DNA of 64,000 bases from Acidobacteriota bacterium (lineage in GTDB: Bacteria > Acidobacteriota > UBA6911 > RPQK01 > JAJDTT01): positions 3,024,283-3,088,282 of the forward strand of contig OZ220706.1 in NCBI GenBank assembly GCA_965116695.1. Reading direction: 5' to 3'. Within the stretch, counting starts at the first letter, position 1, and the number at the start of each line of letters is the position of its first letter. Positions 29,510 to 41,326 of the stretch are shown in pieces. Made by a program: the position numbers and the translations under genes. Under the pieces are notes generated by a model that was not told the DNA's origin, did not search any database, and worked only from the letters and a program-made list of their open reading frames with translations.

Positions 29510-29962
29510 ATGCGCGTCGTGATTCAGAGGGTGTCCAAGGCCAAGGTGGAAGTCGAAGGCCGGACGGTGGGGCGGATCGGGCCCGGACTGGCCGTGCTGG
29601 TTGCCATATCTGCCGGCGACACGGACAGAGATCTGGCTTTCATCAGGAAGAAGATCCTTCAACTCCGCATCTTTCCGGATGAATCCGGCAGAATGAACCG
29701 TTCGCTGCTGGAGACGGACCATTCCATCCTTCTGGTCTCCCAGTTCACGCTCTACGGAGACTGCCGCAAGGGGAACCGGCCCAGCTTCAGCAGGGCAGCT
29801 CCTCCCAACGCGGCCCGGACCGCCTACCGGCGCCTTGCGGAGACGCTTCGGGAAGCGGATGTGAAGGTCGAAACAGGACGATTCGGAGCCATGATGGAGT
29901 TTTCGCTGGTGAACGACGGTCCCGTGACACTGATCGTCGACTCCAGAAAAGACGCGTATTGA
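29510..29962 (+). CDS. dtd: D-aminoacyl-tRNA deacylase
   Basis: MRVVIQRV, LRIF.D..G.MN, SQFTL, KGNRPSF, G.FGA.M...LVNDGPVT. Confidence 0.98.
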   Translation: MRVVIQRVSKAKVEVEGRTVGRIGPGLAVLVAISAGDTDRDLAFIRKKILQLRIFPDESGRMNRSLLETDHSILLVSQFTLYGDCRKGNRPSFSRAAPPNAARTAYRRLAETLREADVKVETGRFGAMMEFSLVNDGPVTLIVDSRKDAY

Positions 29963-30202
29963 GAGAATTCCCGTGCGAGCCCGGCCGCGGGTCCCGGTTC
30001 CCATGTGACAACAGTCCGGCTCCACCTTTGTTTTTCGCGGCCGGCGACTCCCGTCCAAGCTCCCAAGCAGCGCCGAAACCGGAACATTCCCGGGTGATCA
30101 GCGAAACCACGCACCGTTTTCCGGCGTATATAGTTGATGTGACCACGGTTCGCCGGCACCGGCGCGAAAGATGCAACGATCGTACACCGCGGGTCCACTG
30201 CC

Positions 30203-30691
30203 ATGAGCGATTCAGAGCAACGGAACGTGGACCGGAAAGGATTGCCGGGTGAACTGGCGGGGCAGGGATTTCACCAGGAATTCCAGGTTTCTTTCGGGAG
30301 CAACATACAGTTTCTCGATCTGGTTCAAGATATCTGTCAGACCATAACTCGGATGACCGGGTTCGATGACGAAGCAAGCCATTGGATTTGCCTGGCGGTC
30401 CGCGAATCGGTGACCAATGCCATCCAGCACGGAAACCAAGAGGATGAGAGCAAGAGGGTGGGCGTCCGATTCCGTATCGATCGCCGCCGCCTTCTCATCA
30501 CCGTTTCAGATCAGGGACGCGGGTTTGACGAGTCCTCGTTGCCGGACCCACTGGAGACCGGGAATCTGTTGAAACCCTCGGGCCGCGGGGTCTTCTTCGT
30601 TCACACCTTTATGGACGACGTGACCTACCGCAATCGCGCCCAGGGAGGATTTGAAGTCACAATGGAGAAACAGCTCGATAACACCACGTGA
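30203..30691 (+). CDS. Anti-sigma factor Ser/Thr kinase (RsbW-like)
   Basis: E.VTNAI.HGN, DQGRGFD, SGRG.F....MD (HATPase_c_2). Confidence 0.88.
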   Translation: MSDSEQRNVDRKGLPGELAGQGFHQEFQVSFGSNIQFLDLVQDICQTITRMTGFDDEASHWICLAVRESVTNAIQHGNQEDESKRVGVRFRIDRRRLLITVSDQGRGFDESSLPDPLETGNLLKPSGRGVFFVHTFMDDVTYRNRAQGGFEVTMEKQLDNTT

Positions 30692-30701
30692 GGAGGAAAT
30701 C

Positions 30702-31040
30702 ATGAGCATTACGACCAGAAACGTGCACGACGTCACGATTCTCGATGTCCAGGGCAGGATCACCATCGGCGAAGAGAGCGCCCTGATTCGGAAAACCATA
30801 CGGGGATTGGTCCAGTCGGGCCGGAAGAACCTGCTCATGAACCTGGCCGACGTCCGTACGGTGGACAGCACCGGAATCGGCGAGTTGGTCAGTTCCTACA
30901 CTCACGTCGCAGACCAGGGAGGAGCGCTCAAGCTGCTCCATCTGACCAAGAGGACCCGGGAGCTGCTGGCCATCACCAAGCTTCTGACCGTATTCGACAC
31001 CTTCGAAGACGAGGCTGAAGCCGTCGCCAGCTTCGGTTGA
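30702..31040 (+). CDS. STAS-domain anti-sigma factor antagonist (RsbV/SpoIIAA-like)
   Basis: RBS AGGAGG; GRITIG, VDSTGIGELV, ITKL.TVF. Confidence 0.9.
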   Translation: MSITTRNVHDVTILDVQGRITIGEESALIRKTIRGLVQSGRKNLLMNLADVRTVDSTGIGELVSSYTHVADQGGALKLLHLTKRTRELLAITKLLTVFDTFEDEAEAVASFG

Positions 31041-31202
31041 CCGCGATCAATCGAGGACGCTTCCCCGCCGGACGGCGCCCGGCGGAGTCAGGAGAGAAAA
31101 AGGGTTCGAGTCGGTCCGGCTACCGTTTCCGAGATGAGACCACTCTCGAACGTGGTCCCGTCCACCCGGAAACCACACGCCTTTCGTCGCTCCCTCGATT
31201 CC

Positions 31203-32531
31203 TCAAAAGGGTAGATTCTTGGAGACATCGTTGAAGAGAATCACCCCCATCAGCAGGATCAGGAATATGAAGCCGGCCTGAAAGATCCGTTCCTTCACCT
31301 TCATGCTGAGGTCCCTGCCGATGAGCCCCTCGATGGCCAACATGGCGATGAGGCCCCCGTCCAGGACGGGGATGGGAAAAAGATTCAGGATCCCCAGGTT
31401 AAGGGACACCAGAGCCATGAATCCCATCAGGGGAACCAATCCGCTCGACGCGGCGGCCCCCGAATAGCGGGCGATATCGATGGGCCCCGACATGCTCCGG
31501 AGGGAGGCCCTGCCGGTCACGATCTTGCCCATGATCTGACCGATCAACAGAACCAATTCTCCGTTCCTCCGGATCGACAGGGCCAGGGAATCCACGATTC
31601 CGTACTTCTCGACGTGGAAGGGGGGGCCGCCTCGCTCGACACCGATCAGAACCCTGCCGTCGATCTGCGCCGGCCGAATGGTAGCCTCCAGGAGCTCGTC
31701 GCCCCGCCGCAGCTTGAAAAGCAACGGTTGTCCTTCGCGTTCCGACACGAACGGCGAGACCGCAGAGGGTTCGTCGACGGAACCATTCTCTCCCCGGACC
31801 GCCAGGATCTCGTCACCCGGCTTCAATCCGGCGGCTTGCGCCGGCGAGCCTTCGAGGGTTCCGGTGATGATGAAAGGGATCCAGGGCTCTACTCCAATGG
31901 TTCCGATCTCCCCCCTTTCCGACGCCGCGGCGACCAGGACCCGTTTGTCGATCCGGTTCCCTCCCCGGTCGAGAGTCAGGCGAACGCTCTGCCCGGGAAT
32001 CGTGGCGATGGCGATCTCGGCCTCCTGCCACGTAGACACTTCGTCTCCGTCGATGGCCACGATCGTGTCGCGAACCTGAATCCCCGCCGCTTCCGCAGGA
32101 GACCCGGCGGCCACCGCCCCGACTTCCGCCGGTCCCGACCGGTAGGTGAGCACCCGGACCCCCAACGTGTAGGTGGCGGCCGACAGCAGGACGGCCAGGA
32201 CGATGTTCATCAAGGGGCCGGCCACGGCCACGGCGAAACGATGCCGCTTGGGCCGGGCCAGGAACTCGTCGCCGGAACCGGTGAACGACTCGTCGTAGTT
32301 CTCTCCGGCCATCTTGACGTAGCCGCCCAGGGGCAAAAGGCTCACCCGGTAGTCGGTGTCGCCGCGGCGAAACCCCACCAGCCTGGGGCCGAAACCGAGC
32401 GAGAACACTTCGACGCGAATGCCCAGATACTTGGCAACCGCGTAGTGTCCCAACTCGTGGACGAAGATCATGACCCCCAAGACGAAAATGAAGGCCAGCA
32501 GCGTGGTCCCGAAATCACCGATCAACTGCAA
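31203..32531 (-). CDS. rseP: RIP metalloprotease RseP
   Basis: HELGH, FSLGFGP, PLGGYVKM, AGP..N, two PDZ domains, NLFPIPVLDGG. Confidence 0.96.
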   Translation of the reverse strand: MQLIGDFGTTLLAFIFVLGVMIFVHELGHYAVAKYLGIRVEVFSLGFGPRLVGFRRGDTDYRVSLLPLGGYVKMAGENYDESFTGSGDEFLARPKRHRFAVAVAGPLMNIVLAVLLSAATYTLGVRVLTYRSGPAEVGAVAAGSPAEAAGIQVRDTIVAIDGDEVSTWQEAEIAIATIPGQSVRLTLDRGGNRIDKRVLVAAASERGEIGTIGVEPWIPFIITGTLEGSPAQAAGLKPGDEILAVRGENGSVDEPSAVSPFVSEREGQPLLFKLRRGDELLEATIRPAQIDGRVLIGVERGGPPFHVEKYGIVDSLALSIRRNGELVLLIGQIMGKIVTGRASLRSMSGPIDIARYSGAAASSGLVPLMGFMALVSLNLGILNLFPIPVLDGGLIAMLAIEGLIGRDLSMKVKERIFQAGFIFLILLMGVILFNDVSKNLPF

Positions 32532-32680
32532 AGGAATCTCGCCTTTCTGACAGGGCTCCAGGGACGGAAATCGATATCCCCGCGGCCAACCGTCTCAATC
32601 GTCAACGACGTTTGCTCCAATTCTCAGATCCTCTGACGCGTATCGACCCGCTTCGGTTCCCCGTTTTCCCCCGCGGCCGG

Positions 32681-33832
32681 TCAGATCCTGGCCAGGGCCA
32701 GTTCGTTGGCCTCTCGGCGGGACCTCCGGTCCGCCTCCAGAACGATTTCCAGAGAATCGGGATCCTGCGGCCGGTGCCGGTCCAGCACACCCTCGATCGT
32801 GGCGGGAATGTCCCGAAAAGGAATTCGTTCCTCCAGAAAAAGTCCGACGGCCACTTCGTTGGCGGCATTGAGGGCGGCAGGGTAGGTGCGTCCCTCTTGC
32901 AGAGCCGCTCCGGCCAGGCGGAGGCACGGAAACTTGACGGGGTCCGGCGGATGGAACTCCAGCGGCGTCAAGGCGAACAGGTCCAGGGTCGGGACCGGCA
33001 GACTGCAGCGGTCCGGGTAGCTCAGGGCGTAGCCGACGGGAAGACGCATGTCGGTGATTCCCAGTTGGGCCATGATGGCTCCGTCCACGAACTCCACCAT
33101 GGAGTGAACCATCGATTGGGGATGGATCACGATTTCCACCTGCTCCGGCCGCACGCCGAAAAGATGATGCGCTTCGATCACTTCCAATCCCTTGTTCATG
33201 AGCGTGGCCGAGTCCACGGTGATCTTGGGCCCCATCTTCCAGGTCGGATGGTTCAAGGCTTCCTGCACCGTCACGTCGCTCAGCTCCCGGAGGGACTTGC
33301 CGAAAAAGGGCCCGCCGGAAGCGGTCAGCAGGATTCTCTTGACCTGGGCCTTCCGCTCCCCGTTGAGACATTGGTGAATGGCGCTGTGCTCGCTGTCGAC
33401 GGGCAGAAGGCGGACCATTGCGTCCCGGACCTCCCGCATCACCAACTCCCCCGCCATCACCAACGTCTCCTTGTTGGCCAGAGCCACGTCCCGGCCCGCC
33501 CGGATGGCGGCCAGGGTGGGAATCAGGCCCGCCGCGCCGGTAATGGCCGCCACCACCATTCCCGCTTCCACTTCGGCGGCCAGTTTCGACACTCCCTCCT
33601 GTCCCTCCCACACCGGCGTCCCCGGAAGCCGCCGGCGGAGCCACGCCGCCTGCTCACGATCATGAAGGGCGACGGCGAGCGGAGAGTATTTTTGGGCCTG
33701 TTCCAGAAGCCGGGCGGCATTTCTTCGCGCCGCCAGGCCCACGACCCGGAACTGATCCGGGTTCAGGTCGACGAGACTCAGCGTGCTGCGTCCAACGGAA
33801 CCCGTAGAGCCCAGAACCGAAACTCTCTTCAT
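32681..33832 (-). CDS. dxr: 1-deoxy-D-xylulose-5-phosphate reductoisomerase
   Basis: LGSTGSVG, ANKETLV, LPVDSEHSAI, TASGGPF, HPTW.MG.KITVDSAT.MNKG. Confidence 0.98.
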   Translation of the reverse strand: MKRVSVLGSTGSVGRSTLSLVDLNPDQFRVVGLAARRNAARLLEQAQKYSPLAVALHDREQAAWLRRRLPGTPVWEGQEGVSKLAAEVEAGMVVAAITGAAGLIPTLAAIRAGRDVALANKETLVMAGELVMREVRDAMVRLLPVDSEHSAIHQCLNGERKAQVKRILLTASGGPFFGKSLRELSDVTVQEALNHPTWKMGPKITVDSATLMNKGLEVIEAHHLFGVRPEQVEIVIHPQSMVHSMVEFVDGAIMAQLGITDMRLPVGYALSYPDRCSLPVPTLDLFALTPLEFHPPDPVKFPCLRLAGAALQEGRTYPAALNAANEVAVGLFLEERIPFRDIPATIEGVLDRHRPQDPDSLEIVLEADRRSRREANELALARI

Positions 33833-33965
33833 CTTATTCCGGGATTCGTCAGGCGATCGATCGAGCGCGGCGGGGATGACTCCTGGCCGCCAAAAAGAGT
33901 CCAGGGCGAAAATCGATGGGGGCTGTCAGGTGCGAAGAACCGCCTCCAATAGCCGTCTCAGCGCA

Positions 33966-34745
33966 TCATCCTAGCAGAAACGACAGGCAATGATAGGCGG
34001 GGAAAGCGAAGAGAAGACTGTCGATCCGGTCCAAGAGTCCCCCGTGTCCGGGAATCAGGGAACCGCTGTCCTTGGCGCCGACGGCACGCTTGAGGAGCGA
34101 CTCGAAGAGATCCCCCAGGATGGCCGCCAATCCCACCACGACGCCCACCAGCGACAACCATCCCCAATCGGAACGGCCGAGCAGGCCGTACCCCAACAAT
34201 ACGGCCACCGCCAGCGCAACGGCGAGACCGGCGGCGAATCCCTCCAGGGACTTCGCCGGGCTCAACCGGGGAGTGATGCGGCGGCGTCCCCAGCGCGACC
34301 CGACGAGATAGGCCGCCATGTCGCAGGACCAGACGATGGCCAGGATCAAGAGCAGTTCGTCGGATCGGTTCCGGTACCCGGCCAGTAGCGATACGGGCAG
34401 CCCCAGGTACAAGAGGGCCATGAGGCCGGCCGAAGCCGAAGCCAGGGCGTCGCGGTGTTTGACGACCCCGTAGAGATGCGCGGTGAGCAGGCAAAGGCAG
34501 GCCCCCAGCAGGTAGGCCACGACCGCATCTCCTCCCTGATACCACACCCAGGGAAGAAACAGGCACGCGACGACTGCCGAAACGGGCCTCCTCGCTCCCA
34601 AGGGCGCCAGGAGCTGAAACAATTCCAGGACCGCGATCAGAAGGATCAGATCCAGGAACACCAGGAACACCGGGGCGGGAGCCAGAACGATGATCGCGAG
34701 GACGAGCGGCGCCAACACGACGACGCTCAGGGTGCGGCGGATCAT
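33966..34745 (-). CDS. cdsA: Phosphatidate cytidylyltransferase
   Basis: D..AY..G, SP.KS.EG, GDLFES.LKR..G.KDSG..IPGHGG.LDRIDS. Confidence 0.95.
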   Translation of the reverse strand: MIRRTLSVVVLAPLVLAIIVLAPAPVFLVFLDLILLIAVLELFQLLAPLGARRPVSAVVACLFLPWVWYQGGDAVVAYLLGACLCLLTAHLYGVVKHRDALASASAGLMALLYLGLPVSLLAGYRNRSDELLLILAIVWSCDMAAYLVGSRWGRRRITPRLSPAKSLEGFAAGLAVALAVAVLLGYGLLGRSDWGWLSLVGVVVGLAAILGDLFESLLKRAVGAKDSGSLIPGHGGLLDRIDSLLFAFPAYHCLSFLLG

Positions 34746-35533
34746 CTGGCGCCTTGCAGGGAACGGGACCGGATTCCCCCGTACCGGCGCTCCCGTTTCT
34801 GGTAGGCCAGGATCGCCTCCAGCAGGTGATGGGATCGGAAGTCGGGCCAGAGCACGTCGGTGACGTAGATTTCGGAATACGCGATCTGCCAGAGCAGGAA
34901 GTTGCTGATTCGCATCTCTCCGCTGGTGCGGATCAAAAGATCCGGGTCGGGAAGGTCGCCGGTATAGAGACTCCGCTGCACCTCAGTCTCACTCACCCTC
35001 CGGCTTCTGCCCTGCAGGAGCAGCGAGTTGAACGCGTCCACCAGTTCGGCCCGGCCGCTGTAATTCAACGCCAGAACCATTTTCATCCCCCGGTTGAATC
35101 GGGACTCCTCCTCCACGTGCCGCAACTCTCTCCGGACCGAGCGGGGCAGTTCGTGGATCCGCCCGATGGCGTGGAAGCGAATATCGTTTTCCTGGATTTC
35201 CGGCAACTCCTTCCTCAGATATTCCTTGAGCAGCTCCATCAAGGTATTGACCTCGCTCATGGGCCGCTTCCAGTTCTCCACCGAGAAGGCGTAGAGGGTC
35301 AGCACCGGGATGTTGAGCCGGACACTGGTCTCGACCGTAGCCCGAACCGCCTTGATCCCGGCGGTGTGGCCCTTGACCCGGGGCAGGCCCTTCTGCCGGG
35401 CCCAGCGGCCGTTACCATCCATGATGATGGCCACGTGGCGCGGCAACTTGTGAGGATCGAGTTCCGCCAGCAGCCGCGCTTCCAGGCTTTCAGGTTCAAC
35501 GATGCCGGTGAAGTTTTCAAAGGGGGGAGTCAT
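34742..35533 (-). CDS. uppS: Undecaprenyl diphosphate synthase (isoprenyl transferase)
   Basis: HVAIIMDGNGRWA, YAFSVENW.RP..EV, DLLIRTSGE.RISNFLLWQ. Confidence 0.97.
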   Translation of the reverse strand: MTPPFENFTGIVEPESLEARLLAELDPHKLPRHVAIIMDGNGRWARQKGLPRVKGHTAGIKAVRATVETSVRLNIPVLTLYAFSVENWKRPMSEVNTLMELLKEYLRKELPEIQENDIRFHAIGRIHELPRSVRRELRHVEEESRFNRGMKMVLALNYSGRAELVDAFNSLLLQGRSRRVSETEVQRSLYTGDLPDPDLLIRTSGEMRISNFLLWQIAYSEIYVTDVLWPDFRSHHLLEAILAYQKRERRYGGIRSRSLQGAR

Positions 35534-35598
35534 TGCGGTGGGGTAAATCTACCACAATTCGAAACGCTCCCGGATGGGCCGAAAGGTTGCCGGAACAT

Positions 35599-36339
35599 TC
35601 AATTCCGGTACCACACCCGCGCCAGGAACAGGCCGTGCGCCGGGGCCGTCGGCCCCGCCTGGCGCCGGTCCCGGGATTCGAGAATCGAGATCATGTCCGC
35701 CGCCGGCCTCTGCCCGTGCCCAATCTGGAGCATGGTGCCCACGAGGTTCCGGACCATGTGATGGAGAAAGCCGTCGCCCTCGATTCGATAGGAAAAGTGC
35801 CTTCCCTTCCGTCGCCAACGGGAAACGAAAACGGTTCGCACGCGGCTCTTCACCTGGGACGCCGAGGCCGTGAAGCCGGTGAAATCACGGGTGCCGACGA
35901 TCAGTTCCGACGCCTGTTGCATCGCCTCCAGGGAGAGAGGGCGGTAGATCTGCAGGACCCTGCCCTCCAGAAACGGAGAGAGTATGGGTCCATTGTAGAG
36001 ACGATAGATGTAGCGTTTCCGCTTCGCGTCCTTCTGAGCATGAAAGGCGTCGGCGGCCAGGCCCAACCGGAGCACCCGAATTCGGGAGGGGAGAACGCCG
36101 TTGAGAGATTTCAGCAGGCGGTCGGGAGGCCGCTTGCGGCGGAGCCTGAAATGGGCCACCTGGCCCAGGGCATGCACCCCCGCGTCGGTTCTCCCGGCGC
36201 CCACGACGGAGACGGTTTCGCCGGTGATCCGGGCCAGCGCGGCTTCGATGGTTCCGCCGATGGTGGGACGATTCTTCTGGACCTGCCACCCGGAATAGCC
36301 GTCGGAGCGATACTGGACGACGAAACGATACTTGGTCAA
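35599..36339 (-). CDS. truA: tRNA pseudouridine(38-40) synthase
   Basis: GWQ.Q, GAGRTDAGVHA.GQ, FL..MVR, AGPTAP..GL.L. Confidence 0.96.
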   Translation of the reverse strand: MTKYRFVVQYRSDGYSGWQVQKNRPTIGGTIEAALARITGETVSVVGAGRTDAGVHALGQVAHFRLRRKRPPDRLLKSLNGVLPSRIRVLRLGLAADAFHAQKDAKRKRYIYRLYNGPILSPFLEGRVLQIYRPLSLEAMQQASELIVGTRDFTGFTASASQVKSRVRTVFVSRWRRKGRHFSYRIEGDGFLHHMVRNLVGTMLQIGHGQRPAADMISILESRDRRQAGPTAPAHGLFLARVWYRN

Positions 36340-36425
36340 AACTCCTTCGATCCCCCGGTTACGGACTCAGGCCCACCGAGACGCCATGTTACAATAGGCG
36401 CCAACAACGACCAGGAGTTTCGGCC

Positions 36426-37178
36426 ATGTCAGGACACTCCAAGTGGCATTCCATTCGGCACAAGAAGGCCATCGTGGATGCCAAGCGGGGCAAGATGTTC
36501 AGCAAGATGATCCGGGAAATCACCGTGGCGGCCCGTACGGGCGGCGGCGACCCGGACGCCAATCCGCGGCTGCGCACCGCCATTCAGACGGCCAAAGCGG
36601 CCAATATGCCCCACGACAACATAGAACGGGCCGTCAAGAAGGGGACGGGCGAACTCCCGGGCCAGAACTTCGACTCCGTGACCTACGAGGGCTACGGCCC
36701 CGGCGGCGTGGCGGTTCTGATCGAGACCCTGACCGACAACAGGAACCGGACCGTAGCCGAGATCCGGCACATCCTTTCCAAGAACGGCGGGAGTCTGGGA
36801 GAGACGGGCAGCGTTCTATGGATGTTCGAGAAGCGGGGATACTTCGGCGTGCCCAGCGGCTCGGTCTCGGAAGAAACCCTGTTGGAGGTGGTGCTCGACG
36901 CCGGGGCCGACGATCTCCAGACCGAGGGCGACACGCTGGCCGTCTACACTCCCTTCGAGAACTTCGAGCAGGTGCGGCAGGAACTGGAAGCGTCCAACAT
37001 CCCCACGGAGTCGAGTCAGATCACCATGCTCCCCCAGAATTCCCTCAGGATGGAAGGCAAGATGGCGGGAAAGATGCTGAAGCTGATGGACGCCCTCGAG
37101 GACCACGACGACGTCCAGCATGTCTACGCCAACTTCGACATCGACGAGCAGGAGATGGAGGTGCTTCTCCAGACCTGA
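36426..37178 (+). CDS. yebC: YebC/PmpR family protein
   Basis: MSGHSKW..I.HKK, NPRLR, YEGYGPGG, TDNRNRT, DDVQ.VY.N. Confidence 0.96.
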   Translation: MSGHSKWHSIRHKKAIVDAKRGKMFSKMIREITVAARTGGGDPDANPRLRTAIQTAKAANMPHDNIERAVKKGTGELPGQNFDSVTYEGYGPGGVAVLIETLTDNRNRTVAEIRHILSKNGGSLGETGSVLWMFEKRGYFGVPSGSVSEETLLEVVLDAGADDLQTEGDTLAVYTPFENFEQVRQELEASNIPTESSQITMLPQNSLRMEGKMAGKMLKLMDALEDHDDVQHVYANFDIDEQEMEVLLQT

Positions 37179-37714
37179 TGGGTCAACCCTCGCCCACCAT
37201 CGTCATGGGCATCGATCCGGGTAGCCGCATCACCGGCTACGGGATCATCTCGGCACTCGGGAATCACTGCCGTTGCATCGAGTATGGTGCGATCCGCTGT
37301 CATGACCGCAGGGTTGAGACTCCATTCGAGCAACGGCTCAAGATCATCTACCACGAACTGGGGAACGTACTCCGCCGTCACGCTCCAACCGTGGTGGCCG
37401 TGGAATCGGTCTTTCATGCAGTCAACGCCCGCAGCGCCCTCCAGTTGGGACACGCCCGCGGGGTGGTCCTGCTGGCCGCTGCGGAACTGGAGATTCCGCT
37501 GTACGAATACTCTCCGCGGGAGGTCAAGAAATCGATCTCGGTCACCGGTCGGGCGACCAAGGAGGAAGTTCAGACCATGGTCCGGATCCTGCTCAAGCTC
37601 AAGGAACGCCCCCGGCCCAACGACGCGGCCGACGCCTTGGCCGTCGCCCTCTGCCACGCCTTCAAGGGAGTGGCTTCCCAACGGCTGCGGCAGCAGGCAA
37701 GGCTCGCCCGCTGA
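37178..37714 (+). CDS. ruvC: Crossover junction endodeoxyribonuclease RuvC
   Basis: GIDPG...TGYG, AVE..F, LGHARG, AADALAVA.CH; TGATG overlap with yebC. Confidence 0.95.
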   Translation: MGQPSPTIVMGIDPGSRITGYGIISALGNHCRCIEYGAIRCHDRRVETPFEQRLKIIYHELGNVLRRHAPTVVAVESVFHAVNARSALQLGHARGVVLLAAAELEIPLYEYSPREVKKSISVTGRATKEEVQTMVRILLKLKERPRPNDAADALAVALCHAFKGVASQRLRQQARLAR

Positions 37715-37728
37715 CCGCCGGGAGACCC

Positions 37729-38349
37729 TCACTCCTGCTTCATGCCGGAATCGGACTCTTCGCCGGATGCGCCTTCGACCAGGCGGCCGACTCGAGCTCT
37801 GGCAGGACGCAGCAGCCGGTCCCCGTACCGATAGCCTCTCTGAACCACCTCGACGACCCGTTGGTCCAGCGCGGGGTCGGTGACCGGAACGAGCCCCACG
37901 GCTTCCGCCAAGTGGGGATCGAACGGCTGGTTCAACACCTCCATGGGCTCGATCCCCGCCTCCCTGAGCCGATCCAGGAAGAGCTGGAGATTCAACTCGA
38001 CGCCCTTTCGGAGCTCGCTCAGGTCGGAACCGCTCTTCGCTGCCTCCAACGCCCGCTCCAGGTTGTCCGCCACCTCCAGGAACTGGCGCAGGAGGTCCAT
38101 TTTGAACCGGTCCAGGCGTTGTTCCAGGGTCCGTTCGAGACGTCGGCGAAGCGCGTCGTTGTCGGACTCGAGCTGCTCGAGCCTCTGCTTCAGCTTCCGC
38201 TCGGCCAGTTCGGTTCGGGCCTTCAATTCCTCCACGTAAGAGGGATACCGGGTCTCCGGGACCTTCGACTGATCGATGACCGACTCATCTTCAAGCCAGC
38301 TTCGCCGGTCGGTGACCTGAAACCTTCCTTCGCCGTCCTTCTCAGCCAT
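37729..38349 (-). CDS. grpE: Nucleotide exchange factor GrpE
   Basis: L.V.DNLERAL, FDP...EAV, V.V.Q.GY....LLRPA..V. Confidence 0.9.
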   Translation of the reverse strand: MAEKDGEGRFQVTDRRSWLEDESVIDQSKVPETRYPSYVEELKARTELAERKLKQRLEQLESDNDALRRRLERTLEQRLDRFKMDLLRQFLEVADNLERALEAAKSGSDLSELRKGVELNLQLFLDRLREAGIEPMEVLNQPFDPHLAEAVGLVPVTDPALDQRVVEVVQRGYRYGDRLLRPARARVGRLVEGASGEESDSGMKQE

Positions 38350-38558
38350 ACCGGGCCTCCCCCAACGTCGCGTGGATCAGGCGCAGTCTACTACGGCGGG
38401 CAGGTGCGAGAAACCGGAGGCCGGGCGCAGGCCTCATCCGTGGAGCCGTCATCCGGCCGGCGCCGGATAGAGGAATCTCCACCAAGGTCCGCGCTTCCTT
38501 GCGGCGATTGAGGGCCGATCCTATAAGGAGGAGAGGCGGGACAGCGGAGGATCGGAAT

Positions 38559-41198
<2,640 letters not shown>

Positions 41199-41232
41199 AT
41201 GGGGGCTTTCCAACCGCCGGTCCCGGGTCGGC

Positions 41233-41308
41233 GATGAAGAGGGGGGGGACAAGGATGTCCCCCCCTCCCGGGATGAAGAGGGGGGGACAAGGATGTCCCC
41301 CCTCCTGG
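41233..41308. repeat. Tandem pair of REP-like palindromes between convergent genes
   Basis: Two ~38-bp copies of GATGAAGA-G(7-8)-ACAAGGATGT-C(6-7)-TCC; each folds as GGGGGGACA/AGGA/TGTCCCCCC. Confidence 0.8.
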
Positions 41309-41326
41309 GTTGAGTTGCTCCCGCCG

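Noticed and set aside
31101-31115. GGGTTCGAGTC tRNA T-loop-like motif
   Set aside because: No complete T-stem or cloverleaf
31125-31175. GATGAG-stem...GAAAC resembling a hammerhead ribozyme
   Set aside because: Core lacks CUGA and GAAA does not directly follow stem II
38350-38558. Expected CIRCE (HrcA) operator between grpE and clpB
   Set aside because: No TTAGCACTC-N9-GAGTGCTAA or near match seen
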